A stretch of 64,000 nucleotides of DNA from an uncultured Bdellovibrionales bacterium (GTDB lineage Bacteria; Patescibacteriota; Minisyncoccia; Moranbacterales; UBA1568), in assembly GCA_964395165.1 (NCBI GenBank), contig CAYMZY010000001.1, positions 1,695 to 65,694 on the forward strand. Reading direction: 5' to 3'. Below the pieces are notes generated by a model. That model worked only from the letters and a program-made list of their open reading frames with translations, did no database searches and was not told where the DNA came from. Positions 10,078-20,177 of this stretch are shown here, in pieces. Positions within the stretch are counted from its first letter, which is position 1. Each line of letters begins with the position of its first letter. The position numbers were made by a program, and so were the translations under genes.

Positions 10078-11724
10078 ATGGAAGAGACCGAAACGCAGAT
10101 GACTGTGCCGAAAGTTTCAGACACGTCTTCCGGTACTGTGCCGGTCCTTTCGGAGTTCCCGAAACAGCTGGAAAAACGGATACTGGAAATCATCCCCGAA
10201 GCGACGGCTCGCAAGCATCGCCTGTTTTGTTTTGAAAAGACTGATACGTTGCTCCGTATCGCCATGGTTGATCCGTCGGATTTCGATGCTATGAATATGC
10301 TCCGTTTCCTTGCGGAAAAGGAGTCATTGAGTATCGAAATTTATCGGACGACGGAAACTGTCTTTGGTGAAGTGATGAGGAATTACAGCGGAACCGATAA
10401 GGCGTTGCAGAATGCGATCCTCTCCCTCAAGAAAGGAGCCGAATCAGGAATCGATCTTGAGGCGGAAAAAAAGAAGGTCGTTCAGGGGGAGATATTCCAG
10501 GACGCTCCTATCGCGAAGCTGGTGGAGGTTATTGTCAAGCATGCTCTTGATGGAAGAGCGAGTGATATCCACATCGAACCGATAGAGGGCAATTACCGTG
10601 TCCGGTTCCGAATCGATGGGGTACTCAAATCACAATTGGTCTTTCCGCTTGAGGTGGGACGGGCGGTGGTGTCACGTATCAAGATACTGTCGAATCTCAA
10701 AATCGATGAGAAGCGTAAGCCACAGGACGGGCGTATTCACTTCGAAAGCGGTGGACGGGCGGTCGATCTCCGCGTCTCCTCACTGCCGGTTATGGAGGGA
10801 GAGAAGATCGTGATGCGCGTCCTCGACCGGGCCAACAATGTGAGCGATTTCGATGTTCTGGGACTTCTGGGAAGAAACCGGACCGTTCTTCTGAATAAGA
10901 TACGTGAACCGTTCGGCATCGTTTTGATCACGGGTCCGACCGGTTCCGGGAAATCGACCACCCTGTATGCTTTCTTGCAGATCCTGAATCAGGAAGAGCG
11001 TAATATCGTGACGCTCGAGGATCCCGTGGAGTACTTTATCGATGGTGTGAATCAGAGTCAGATCCGACCGGAAATCGGATACACATTCTCCGCCGGTCTC
11101 CGTTCGATTCTTCGCCAGGATCCGAATATCATCATGGTCGGAGAAATCCGCGATAATGAGACGGCCGAACTGGCGATCCATGCCGCATTGACCGGACACC
11201 TCGTCCTCTCCACGCTCCATACTAATGACGCGATCGGATCGGTTCCGAGATTGGTCGATATGGGTGTCGAATCCTTCCTTTTGGCGTCCTCGTTGCAGTC
11301 GGTCGCCGCACAGCGTTTGGTGCGGAAAATCTGTGAAAAATGCAAGACGGAGATGAAGATCACCGATCTTCAGAGGAATCGCCTGGCACAGATGTACCAG
11401 GAGATACCGCTTGCAGAGAAGAAGGCGTACAACTTGAAAGACAATCAGGAGATCAAGGTGTTCAAGGGTGAGGGTTGTGATGACTGTGGAAGGACCGGGC
11501 ACAAGGGTCGTATCGGAATATATGAAGTTTTCGAGATCACCGACCCGGTGAAGAGCATTATCACCGACCACAATGCGAACGAGCACGAGCTTCGGAAGGA
11601 GTCCTTGGGCCAAGGCATGATCAGTATGAAAGAAGACGGTATTCTCAAAGTGCTGCTCGGTCTGACGACGCTCGCCGAGGTTGAACGGGCGACCGAGGGG
11701 AAATTATTGATCGATGAAGAGTAG
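10078..11724 (+). CDS. pilB: Type IV pilus extension ATPase (GspE/PilB family)
   Basis: ASDIHIEP, PQDGR, GPTGSGKST, LRQDPNIIMVGEIRD, tetracysteine motif. Confidence 0.95.
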   Translation: MEETETQMTVPKVSDTSSGTVPVLSEFPKQLEKRILEIIPEATARKHRLFCFEKTDTLLRIAMVDPSDFDAMNMLRFLAEKESLSIEIYRTTETVFGEVMRNYSGTDKALQNAILSLKKGAESGIDLEAEKKKVVQGEIFQDAPIAKLVEVIVKHALDGRASDIHIEPIEGNYRVRFRIDGVLKSQLVFPLEVGRAVVSRIKILSNLKIDEKRKPQDGRIHFESGGRAVDLRVSSLPVMEGEKIVMRVLDRANNVSDFDVLGLLGRNRTVLLNKIREPFGIVLITGPTGSGKSTTLYAFLQILNQEERNIVTLEDPVEYFIDGVNQSQIRPEIGYTFSAGLRSILRQDPNIIMVGEIRDNETAELAIHAALTGHLVLSTLHTNDAIGSVPRLVDMGVESFLLASSLQSVAAQRLVRKICEKCKTEMKITDLQRNRLAQMYQEIPLAEKKAYNLKDNQEIKVFKGEGCDDCGRTGHKGRIGIYEVFEITDPVKSIITDHNANEHELRKESLGQGMISMKEDGILKVLLGLTTLAEVERATEGKLLIDEE

Positions 11725-11799
11725 CGCTTTGGTCTTATCGGTTTTTTCGGATATACTGTCAGGAGGAGTTCGGGTTGAATCAATACAAAAACGTATCCT

Positions 11800-12894
11800 A
11801 TGGAAACAAACCTACATGCGGATCAGCGGATCAAGAACCTCTTGTTTCTTGTTGGCCAGCAGAAGGCTTCGGATCTGCATCTGGTAGTCGGGCGTCACCC
11901 GACCCTGCGTATTGACGGCAAGCTCGTACCGATCGTCCAGGAAAAAGTCCTGACTCCCGATGATACCAAAGCGTTGTCGCAGGCTATTCTTACCGAAGAG
12001 AAACAGGAAGAGTTGCTGGCGAAAGGGCATACGGATTTCTCGTATGCGTTTGAGGAGCGGGCCCGTTTCCGAGTGAACGTTTTCTTTCAGAAGGGATATA
12101 TCAGTGTCACGATGCGGTTCGTCATGGACCGGTTGCGAAGTCTTGAAGAATTGAATGTCCCGACGGCTCTGTATAATTTTACCAAGTATTCGCAGGGGCT
12201 TGTTCTGGTGACCGGACCGGTAGGGCACGGAAAGTCGACTACTCTGGCGGCCATAATCGATTTCATCAATCACAACTATGACAAACATATCCTGACTATC
12301 GAGGATCCGATCGAATTCGTGTACAGTCAGGATCGGTGCATCGTCAATCAGCGTGAAATCGGCCGGGATGCGAAGAGTTTTCCCGATGCGCTCCGGGCGG
12401 TCTTTCGGGAAGATGCGAATGTCGTGCTTTTGGGTGAGTTGCGCGATCTGGAAACCATCGGTACCGCCATGACGGCCGCCGAGACCGGGCACCTCATTTT
12501 TGCGACACTGCATACCAATGACAGCTCGCAGACGATCGATCGTATCATTGATGTCTTTCCTGCTTATCAGCAGAATCAAATCCGGTCTCAGCTGGCGAGT
12601 GTCCTGATCGGAGTCATCTCTCAACGCCTGCTTCCTCAGGTGGGCGGAGGACGGGTGCCGGCGGTTGAGATCATGTTCAAGAACCATGCGGTGGAGAATT
12701 TGATTCGCGAGAATAAGATACATCAGATCGATGGTGTGATCGAGACGAGTCTGAAGGAAGGTATGATATCGCTTGATCGTTCTCTCGCGGAACTTGTTCG
12801 CCAGGGACTCATCTCGGTGGAAGACGCTTTCTCTTATGCGAAGAATCAGGATTATCTCCAGATGATCATCGCAAAAATGGCTGAAAAAGCCTGA
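11800..12894 (+). CDS. pilT: Type IV pilus retraction ATPase
   Basis: ASDLHL, GPVGHGKSTT, AETGHLIFATLHT, AVENLIRE (AIRNLIRE-like). Confidence 0.93.
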   Translation: METNLHADQRIKNLLFLVGQQKASDLHLVVGRHPTLRIDGKLVPIVQEKVLTPDDTKALSQAILTEEKQEELLAKGHTDFSYAFEERARFRVNVFFQKGYISVTMRFVMDRLRSLEELNVPTALYNFTKYSQGLVLVTGPVGHGKSTTLAAIIDFINHNYDKHILTIEDPIEFVYSQDRCIVNQREIGRDAKSFPDALRAVFREDANVVLLGELRDLETIGTAMTAAETGHLIFATLHTNDSSQTIDRIIDVFPAYQQNQIRSQLASVLIGVISQRLLPQVGGGRVPAVEIMFKNHAVENLIRENKIHQIDGVIETSLKEGMISLDRSLAELVRQGLISVEDAFSYAKNQDYLQMIIAKMAEKA

Positions 12895-12923
12895 TTTTTC
12901 GTAAAACATTATTTGTTATCCGT

Positions 12924-14132
12924 ATGAAATTCGTATTCAAGGCGAAAACCGAAGCGGGTCAAGAGCGGTCAGGTATCGTCGAGGCTCTGAGTCGAGAGGC
13001 TGCTATCCTGGTACTTCAAAACAACGGTCTCACGCCATTTTCCGTACAGGAGGAGGCGCACGATGTCGCATTGATTCGGGATATTTCGAAACTGTGGGAG
13101 GGGGTGTCCCAGAAGGAGCTGATGGTGATGTTTCGACAGCTGGCGACATTGATCAGTGCCCGAGTTCCGATGGTTTCGGCCTTGGATACCCTGGCGGATC
13201 AGACACCGAATCGATATTTTCGTATTATCCTAAAGGAGATAGAAGATGATGTGGAAGACGGTTCATCGTTTTCAGAAAGCTTGGAAAAGCATCCGACCGT
13301 ATTCGAACCGCTGGTCATCAATATGCTCCGGGCCGGAGAGGTTTCAGGAACCCTTCAGCGGGCGATCGAGGTGGTCGCGGAAAATATCGAGAAGAATTAC
13401 CAGCTGTCAGCCAAGATCAAGGGGGCGCTGTTCTATCCAGGATTCGTCTTTTCGGCGGCACTTATCATCGGGTTTCTCGTGGTGACGTTCATCCTGCCGA
13501 AACTGACTGGTCTGATTCGTGATCTCGGAGTTCCGATTCCGTGGTATACGGAGGTGCTCATGTGGATCGGGGATTTCATGAATGCGTACTGGTGGGCAGT
13601 ACTGCTCGTGTTTTTTGCGGCCGGTCTCTCATTTTTCTACTATATCAACACTGCGGCGGGACAGGCCGATTGGAATCGGGTGGTCCTGAAGTTGCCTATA
13701 TTTGGAGACCTCATGAAATACGTCTATATCACCCGTTTTTCGGAAAATATGAGCTCGCTTCTGAATGGGGGGATTCCGATCGTCAAGGCGCTCATCATCG
13801 TGAGTGACGTGACAGGAAATCTCGTTTTTCGGGAGGTCATCCTGCATGCCGCGGAAGAAGTGAAGACGGGTGGGGCGATGAGTGGGGTGTTTCTCCGTTC
13901 CCCGATCATACCGCCTATCGTGTCGCAGATGATTAAGATCGGCGAGGAGTCGGGATCGGTCGCGAAGGTGCTCGACGGTGTGGCGAGTTTTTACCGGGCG
14001 GAAGTGGAAAACATCACGCGTAACATGACCTCTTTGATAGAGCCGATACTGATCGTATTCCTTGGTATCGGGGTCGGAATTATGGTGGTGGGTATTCTTA
14101 TGCCGATCTATGATATCGCCGGGAAACTTTAA
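12924..14132 (+). CDS. pilC: Type IV pilus inner-membrane platform protein (GspF family)
   Basis: RQLATLI, AGEVSGTL, IGEESG, LIEP motifs; 3 TM helices. Confidence 0.95.
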   Translation: MKFVFKAKTEAGQERSGIVEALSREAAILVLQNNGLTPFSVQEEAHDVALIRDISKLWEGVSQKELMVMFRQLATLISARVPMVSALDTLADQTPNRYFRIILKEIEDDVEDGSSFSESLEKHPTVFEPLVINMLRAGEVSGTLQRAIEVVAENIEKNYQLSAKIKGALFYPGFVFSAALIIGFLVVTFILPKLTGLIRDLGVPIPWYTEVLMWIGDFMNAYWWAVLLVFFAAGLSFFYYINTAAGQADWNRVVLKLPIFGDLMKYVYITRFSENMSSLLNGGIPIVKALIIVSDVTGNLVFREVILHAAEEVKTGGAMSGVFLRSPIIPPIVSQMIKIGEESGSVAKVLDGVASFYRAEVENITRNMTSLIEPILIVFLGIGVGIMVVGILMPIYDIAGKL

Positions 14133-14249
14133 TGGGCGAAAAAGAGTTGGTTATTTTTGAAAGGGCAGTGTACAATAGAGACAATGGAAAAAGAGACCGG
14201 AAGGGTTTCGAAGAAAAATAAAAATCATGAATGGAAAGGAGGTGAGGAC

Positions 14250-14609
14250 ATGAAAAACAATCTGAAAGGTTTCACGCTCATCGAACTCCTGATCGTCATC
14301 GCGATTATCGGTATTCTCGCTTCGATCGTGCTGGTGAGTTTGAGCGGTGCTCGGACAAAGGCGCAAAAGGCGGCGTTCAAAGCTGAAGTGTCCGGAGCGG
14401 TTGGAGGTCTTGTGCTCGAGTGTGATGATGCTGCTCCGACACCACCGGGAGACACGACGGTAACGGATTGGGACAATACGGTAACGGAGGATTGTGGCCC
14501 AGCTGGCGATGGGACCTTCTCGATTAGTGCGGTTCCAGTGGCGACTATCGCTGGTTGCACCGGGGCAAACGCGACAGAAACAGGAGCAGATTTTGCGAGT
14601 TGTCCTTAG
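14250..14609 (+). CDS. Type IVa pilin 1 (119 aa), probable major pilin
   Basis: KG|[17 protein letters not shown] prepilin site; 4 Cys; strong SD AAAGGAGGTGA; TACAAT at 14171. Confidence 0.93.
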   Translation: MKNNLKGFTLIELLIVIAIIGILASIVLVSLSGARTKAQKAAFKAEVSGAVGGLVLECDDAAPTPPGDTTVTDWDNTVTEDCGPAGDGTFSISAVPVATIAGCTGANATETGADFASCP

Positions 14610-14763
14610 GCTTTCGGGCTCGGGAGATTGACTGGCTTCAAAGGTGTTAAAATTTTTTAAAGAAAGATTTATGTATCAGAAGAAAGGTTTCACGCTCATC
14701 GAACTCCTGATCGTCATCGCGATTATCGGTATTCTCGCTTCGATCGTGCTGGTGAGTTTGAGC
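14264..14763 (+). repeat. 82-bp perfect direct repeat (14264-14345 and 14682-14763) forming the 5' part of both pilin genes
   Basis: Base-by-base comparison: identical over 27 codons plus 1 nt, including all synonymous sites. Confidence 0.95.
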
Positions 14764-15027
14764 AATGCTCGGACGAAGGCGCAGGTGGCGTCATTCAAGG
14801 CGGAGACATCTGGAGCGAATGCTGGGCTTTTGCTCCAGTGTGACACCGCTGCTCCTACGCCACCAACCGATACGACGACAACTAACTGGGCCAACGCCAT
14901 CACGAGTAGCTGCGGAGCTGCCGGAAGCGGAACATTCAGAATTACCGCGGTTCCGATTAACACAGCCTTGAACTGCACCGCTACGGTCACCAACACGGGA
15001 ACAACCTATGCGGGGGCGGGCTGCTAG
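14671..15027 (+). CDS. Type IVa pilin 2 (118 aa)
   Basis: Same prepilin N-terminus; 4 Cys; Thr-rich; TGtTAAAAT extended -10 at 14645-14653. Confidence 0.93.
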   Translation: MYQKKGFTLIELLIVIAIIGILASIVLVSLSNARTKAQVASFKAETSGANAGLLLQCDTAAPTPPTDTTTTNWANAITSSCGAAGSGTFRITAVPINTALNCTATVTNTGTTYAGAGC

Positions 15028-15051
15028 TCTTGCAAATTTTCTTGAACGGAT

Positions 15052-15085
15052 GCAGAAGAGCGGGGAGGTGTCCCCGCTCTTCTGC
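15052..15085. terminator. 15-bp perfect hairpin after the pilin genes
   Basis: GCAGAAGAGCGGGGA-GGTG-TCCCCGCTCTTCTGC; no clear U-tract. Confidence 0.6.
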
Positions 15086-15128
15086 TATACTGGGAGAGTG
15101 ACTGATGTACTAAAGTCGTTGATCATAT

Positions 15129-16778
15129 ATGAGATTGTTTAGCTGGCCGGATCTTTTGAAGAAAATGAGTCGTTTCGTCAGTGACCAGACTTTACCCTTT
15201 TGGGGAAAGCTGGTTATCGCATACATGTTTTTTTCCCTCCTGTTTTCGGCATATTTTCTCTTGCCATCCTTTACCTCTCTTGATGACCAATTTTTCAATA
15301 TCAAGTTCGCTGAGCTTATCCGGGAACGGGGTATGGGTGCGTTTTCGCATTTTGACTGGTTCAGTGCTGTCGGATCGTATGCCTGGCATGCGAATATGTT
15401 GTTCTATATCTTCCTTATTCCATTTACCTTCGTCGAGCCGCTCGAACTCGGAATCAAACTCTATGCCGTAGCGTCCCTTTCCTTTACTTTTTGTGTGGTA
15501 TACGCTTTCTTTTCCGTCCTCCGGATGCGGTCCGCATTCATCTCAACGCTTGTGATTTTGGCAATTTTTTTCGTTCCGTTGGCCATATGGCATTTCTTGA
15601 TGGCGAGAGCTTTCGTTGTCCTGCCGGCGTCCTTGCTGCTCGAGCTCATTTTTTTGCTTCGGAAACGTTACGTATCGGCTGCGGTACTTGCATTCCTGTA
15701 TTTCTTCTGGCATATCGGAACTTTCTTCTTTCCGCTGGTCGTGGCAGTGGTCTATGCCGTCGCGCTGATTTTTGAAGGGAAGCCATGGAATCGATGGATA
15801 ATACTGGCCCCTCTCGTCGGGACATCGGCTGCAATGGTATTAGGGGGATTTCTTCTACCCGGATTCGCCTCCGGATTCTTTGAAAGCTTTGCAACGATCT
15901 TGAGAACCGTTTCGGAGACGGGATTTTCTGGACAGGCTGTCGTGCAGGAGGGTGGAGAGGTATACCCACTCAATGTCTTTGATTTATACGGATTGGCATC
16001 CGTCTTGATGGGCTTATTCATCTTTTTTCTTGTTAGGGATACGAAGGGATATCTGGCTCATTCGAAGAACAAGGGAGAATCCGTTTTTCAGTACGATGCC
16101 GCTTGGGGAACCTTGTTCATTCTCAGCATCATCTTTCTTCTGGGGACACTCATTACGAAGCGCATGCTGGACTTCTTCGTCGTATTTGCTCCAGTGTTCC
16201 TTCTGTATCGGCTACGATATATCCTTGATCTTTGGAGAAGGGAGCAGGCTGTGAATACCGCGATCGGCGTGGTGATTTTTTTCGGTCTTCTGACGAATTT
16301 GCTTCTGGTGGGAGACCAGGTTTCGCAGACCAGACGATATACTTCGATTCGGGGAGCGGCTGAGTGGCTTACCCGAAACTCTCAGCCAGGGGAGATTGTG
16401 TTCAATCCGACCATAAATTACTTCCCGACGTTCTTCTTCTTCAATCAGTACCATAATCGCCTCATCATCGGAATCGAACCCCGACTTTTGTATGAAGCTG
16501 ATCCGGAAAAGTATTGGCTGTGGTATCATGTTTCCAACGAGGGGAAGGTGTGCGATCGGCAGACATGCGACTCGGATATCCTGTCCGGAAAAGACACGCA
16601 GGAGAAGGGTCTGGCTGTCGCACACATGATGAAAACGGAGTTTTCGGCCCAATTCGTCATCGTTTCCGGGGAATTCGACTCCTTGCTTGAAATCATGCGC
16701 GGTTCGACGGCTTTTCAAAGGGTATATACGGACCCGATCGATAGGTACTACGAGGTATACTCCATACGCCCGGAATAA
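15129..16778 (+). CDS. Polytopic membrane protein, probable GT-C fold glycosyltransferase
   Basis: More than 10 TM segments, acidic DD after TM1, soluble C-terminal domain (AAEWL..NS..GEIVFN); lies in a glycosylation cluster. Confidence 0.6.
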   Translation: MRLFSWPDLLKKMSRFVSDQTLPFWGKLVIAYMFFSLLFSAYFLLPSFTSLDDQFFNIKFAELIRERGMGAFSHFDWFSAVGSYAWHANMLFYIFLIPFTFVEPLELGIKLYAVASLSFTFCVVYAFFSVLRMRSAFISTLVILAIFFVPLAIWHFLMARAFVVLPASLLLELIFLLRKRYVSAAVLAFLYFFWHIGTFFFPLVVAVVYAVALIFEGKPWNRWIILAPLVGTSAAMVLGGFLLPGFASGFFESFATILRTVSETGFSGQAVVQEGGEVYPLNVFDLYGLASVLMGLFIFFLVRDTKGYLAHSKNKGESVFQYDAAWGTLFILSIIFLLGTLITKRMLDFFVVFAPVFLLYRLRYILDLWRREQAVNTAIGVVIFFGLLTNLLLVGDQVSQTRRYTSIRGAAEWLTRNSQPGEIVFNPTINYFPTFFFFNQYHNRLIIGIEPRLLYEADPEKYWLWYHVSNEGKVCDRQTCDSDILSGKDTQEKGLAVAHMMKTEFSAQFVIVSGEFDSLLEIMRGSTAFQRVYTDPIDRYYEVYSIRPE

Positions 16779-16800
16779 TCATTAGGAATGCTCTTTGAGT

Positions 16801-17847
16801 ATGCTTCAGAAACAGAAGGTCCGAGTAGGCATCATCGGAGGTGGATGGGTGACGGAACATCGGCATCTTCCAGTGCTCGCGAGGCATGCTTCGGTCGAGA
16901 TTACCTCTCTTGTTGGGCGCGATCGGAAGCGGGTAGAGTCGCTTCAGAAGAAGTTTTCGATCCAGGATTCGTTCGTCGGGGCTGCTCAGGATTTTCCACA
17001 AGGAATGGATGCGTGTGAGGCTGTCGTTATCGGGGCCGATCCTTCCGCGCATGCTTCTTTGATCAGGTTCGCGCTTGAACAGGGTAAGCATGTCCTGGTA
17101 GAGAAACCGTTCACACTTTCTGTTCATGAGTCGGAAGAGCTCGTCGACCTGGCGAGAGCCCGGGGTCTGAAATTGGCAGTCGTGCATAATTTCCAGTTCT
17201 CTTCCTCTGCACGGGAACTGGAGCGGGATATTTTGCAAGGGAATATCGGTACGATACGCAGTGTGGAGGCCGTACAGCTGAGTAATCCGAAAAGACGGCT
17301 CCCGTCCTGGTATGAGTCATTGCCTTGGGGGCTCTTTTTCGACGAATCTCCGCATCTCTTGTATCTCTTGGAAAGATTCGGCGGACCCTTGGCATTCCAA
17401 TCCGCTGCCGTTCACCGCGAAGAAGGAAGAGAGACGCCGCAACTGGTGGATGCGTTCTTTCTTGGGAAGGGGGGCATGCCGATAACCTTGCACATGAATT
17501 TCAATGCGAGCGTGTCCGAATGGTTCTTGATCGTTCATGGGGAGAAACGGGTCGGAGTGTTGGATATCTTCCGGGATATTTATTTTTCCCTTCCGAATGA
17601 TGGGCGGCATGCTCCGCAGCAGATCCTCCGTACGAGTTCCGGGGCGTTTTTCGGTCATCTGAAAGGCGTCTTTCGGAGCGGTATACAGGTCTTGCGAGGG
17701 ACGTATTTCTGTGGGAATGAATCGGTAATGGATATCTTTTTCAGGTCCATTCTGGAGAATTCTTCGCTCGGAAGTATCAGTGCTGAGAAAGGAGTTTCCG
17801 TGAACAGGCTCCAATCAGAAATCATCAACAGAGCCTCTCTTTACTAA
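16801..17847 (+). CDS. Gfo/Idh/MocA family oxidoreductase
   Basis: VGIIGGG Rossmann motif and KHVLVEKP. Confidence 0.9.
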   Translation: MLQKQKVRVGIIGGGWVTEHRHLPVLARHASVEITSLVGRDRKRVESLQKKFSIQDSFVGAAQDFPQGMDACEAVVIGADPSAHASLIRFALEQGKHVLVEKPFTLSVHESEELVDLARARGLKLAVVHNFQFSSSARELERDILQGNIGTIRSVEAVQLSNPKRRLPSWYESLPWGLFFDESPHLLYLLERFGGPLAFQSAAVHREEGRETPQLVDAFFLGKGGMPITLHMNFNASVSEWFLIVHGEKRVGVLDIFRDIYFSLPNDGRHAPQQILRTSSGAFFGHLKGVFRSGIQVLRGTYFCGNESVMDIFFRSILENSSLGSISAEKGVSVNRLQSEIINRASLY

Positions 17848-17881
17848 TGTCGTGCGGCGAGAGCGATGGAAGTCAATTTTT

Positions 17882-19030
17882 ATGGAAATGCGAAACATAT
17901 TGGTGGTTTCAACTTTTTTCGCTCCTCACGTCGGAGGAGTGGAGGTCTATACGGAGCGACTCTTTTCCCGGCTGGCGAGCAGGTATCGTGAGGCACGGAT
18001 CACTCTTTTGGTCCTTAATACTGATGATGCGCCCGAGTACGAGAGAGTTTCCGGAATCGATGTCTACCGGATGCCTTGCTTTCGGTTTCCTTCGGTGAAC
18101 CCTTTTTTCTCGCCTTTCGAGCTCGTGAAGATGATTCGGAAAATCGATATCGATTCATTCGATATTGTCATCACCCAGTGTCGCTATTACTTTTTGACGA
18201 ATGCCCTGGGAGCTATCGCTCGGTATCGGAAGATACCGCTCATCCATATCGAGCATAACGCGGGCTTCATGAAGCACGGCAATCCGTTCATTCAGGTGGC
18301 GGCATGGTCGTATGATAGGCTATTGGGCCCGCTCGTCCTTCGGCGTTCGAGAGTCATCATCTGTGTTTCCGAAGGAGTTCGAAAGTTCCTTCTCAAAGCG
18401 TTTCATATGGATGCGCATCGATTGCTGGTCAGGGAGAGCGGAATCGATACGGATGGATGGAATCAGGTAGAGCATGTTCCTCATGAGGATTATTTTCCGG
18501 TACTCGCGTATGTCGGCCGTCTTATCGAGTCGAAAGGTATCCTGCTCCTTCTGGAATCCGTCAGGAATTTGAAAGCGAAATATCCCCGGATACACCTGTT
18601 TGTCGCGGGCAGTGGTCAGGATGAGGATCGGGTGAAATGTGCGATCTCCGAATATGGTCTTGACAGACAGGTTTCCTTGCTTGGCAATATCAATCATGAT
18701 GCCATGAGGAATCTGTATCGGTCGGTAGATATTCTCATCAATCCTTCCTATTATCCCGAAGGTTTGCAGATAACCCTCCTTGAAGCGGCTTGCTCGGGTT
18801 TGGCGATCGTGACGACCGATGTCAGTGGAGCGAATGAGCTTTTTCGGGACGGAGATTCTGCCCTGATAGTGGAGAAGAACAACATGAGTGCTCTCGAACG
18901 GGGTATCGTGAGACTTCTGGAAGATTCTGAGCTGAGAAGAAGGCTTGGAGAACGTGCGAGACAGGAAGTTTCGGAAGTGTTTTCATGGGAGAAGAAAGCG
19001 GATGCGTTTTATGAAGCGATTTGGCGGTAA
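17882..19030 (+). CDS. Glycosyltransferase family 4
   Basis: PHVGGVE, YVGRLIESKG, PEGLQITLLEAACSG. Confidence 0.92.
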   Translation: MEMRNILVVSTFFAPHVGGVEVYTERLFSRLASRYREARITLLVLNTDDAPEYERVSGIDVYRMPCFRFPSVNPFFSPFELVKMIRKIDIDSFDIVITQCRYYFLTNALGAIARYRKIPLIHIEHNAGFMKHGNPFIQVAAWSYDRLLGPLVLRRSRVIICVSEGVRKFLLKAFHMDAHRLLVRESGIDTDGWNQVEHVPHEDYFPVLAYVGRLIESKGILLLLESVRNLKAKYPRIHLFVAGSGQDEDRVKCAISEYGLDRQVSLLGNINHDAMRNLYRSVDILINPSYYPEGLQITLLEAACSGLAIVTTDVSGANELFRDGDSALIVEKNNMSALERGIVRLLEDSELRRRLGERARQEVSEVFSWEKKADAFYEAIWR

Positions 19031-19415
19031 ATTTCTGTCTCGGTATTTCATCCGGTTCCTCCTGGTCGGCGGACTGGCTTTGTCATGCAGTCTCGCGGGT
19101 TTTTATCTTCTGGTCGATAAGGCTGGTATTCCGTATCTGTCGGCTACCGCTATCCTTTTCTTCGTGGTGAACTTTTTTTCTTTCCTTCTGAACAAGTATT
19201 TCACTTTTCGGACGGAAAACGTTCACTTTCCCCGTGAGATGGGACGGTATTATGCGATAATGGTATCGAGTTTCATTTTGAATCTCGCGGGCATGTTTCT
19301 TCTCGTGGATGTGCTTGGCCTGTGGTATATTGCAGCCAGCGTGATAACGGCGTTTCTGATGGTATGGTATAATTTTTTCTGGAGTTATTTCTGGGGATTC
19401 GGAAGGGATATATAG
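19011..19415 (+). CDS. GtrA family lipid-linked sugar flippase
   Basis: RFLLVGG, SFLLNKYFTF, 4 TM helices. Confidence 0.88.
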   Translation: MKRFGGKFLSRYFIRFLLVGGLALSCSLAGFYLLVDKAGIPYLSATAILFFVVNFFSFLLNKYFTFRTENVHFPREMGRYYAIMVSSFILNLAGMFLLVDVLGLWYIAASVITAFLMVWYNFFWSYFWGFGRDI

Positions 19416-19421
19416 ACTGTT

Positions 19422-20171
19422 ATGGCGTATTACGATAACTTCGTTCGACATGCTCATCCCCGCTGGGCTAAACGTCTTTTGGTCCGCTTCAATAAGCAAG
19501 TATTGGGATATATCTTGAGGGGATTCCCGGGGAAAAAGAAGTTGTCCGTTTTGGAAATTGGTCCCGGCAAGGGTTACTTTTACGAGGCGGCTCAGGGTGT
19601 TCGCGGAGAACGGATGGAATATTTTTGTTGTGATCAGAATGCGGTTGCCTTGGAGCAGTTTCCTTCTGCGCGTACGTTTCAGGCGAGTGTTCCTCCTTTG
19701 CCGGAAACGGGAAGGAATTTCGACATCATTTATGCCGCTTATGTCATCGAGCACCTTGCGAACGGGAAACAGGTGTATGACCTGGTTCAGTCATGTCGAG
19801 AAAATCTGAATCCTGGAGGGGTACTTGTCTTGCTCGCTCCTGACAGCCGGAGTCAGAAATTCGAGTTCTGGAATATGGACTATACTCATTCCTATCCGAC
19901 GACCATGCGGAATGTCGCCATGATACTTCGTGAGAACGGTTTTTCCGAAATATCGATTTTGCCGGTCAACGGACTGCTGACGGTTCCCGGCTTTGAGAGG
20001 TGGCCGGTCTATCAGGCGATCCGGGCACTGTTTTTCCTGTATGATTATCGGGTTTTCCAGGTTCTCTTCGGGTGGGTTTTCCGTAGGCAGATATACGACC
20101 TCGACAATCCTTTTTATCAGTTGTTCTGTTTCGTGAAACAGCGGAATCTGATGTTCATCGCTCGAAAATAA
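19422..20171 (+). CDS. Class I SAM-dependent methyltransferase
   Basis: VLEIGPGKG, VIEHL, LNPGG, DYTH. Confidence 0.9.
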   Translation: MAYYDNFVRHAHPRWAKRLLVRFNKQVLGYILRGFPGKKKLSVLEIGPGKGYFYEAAQGVRGERMEYFCCDQNAVALEQFPSARTFQASVPPLPETGRNFDIIYAAYVIEHLANGKQVYDLVQSCRENLNPGGVLVLLAPDSRSQKFEFWNMDYTHSYPTTMRNVAMILRENGFSEISILPVNGLLTVPGFERWPVYQAIRALFFLYDYRVFQVLFGWVFRRQIYDLDNPFYQLFCFVKQRNLMFIARK

Positions 20172-20177
20172 GACCGT

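Noticed and set aside
12214-12243. PilT Walker A variant GPVGHGKST as a sign of inactivity
   Set aside because: The GxxGxGKS/T consensus and downstream Asp/His boxes are intact.
11812-12909. 365-aa antisense ORF over pilT
   Set aside because: Shadow ORF from codon bias opposite a conserved gene; no motifs.
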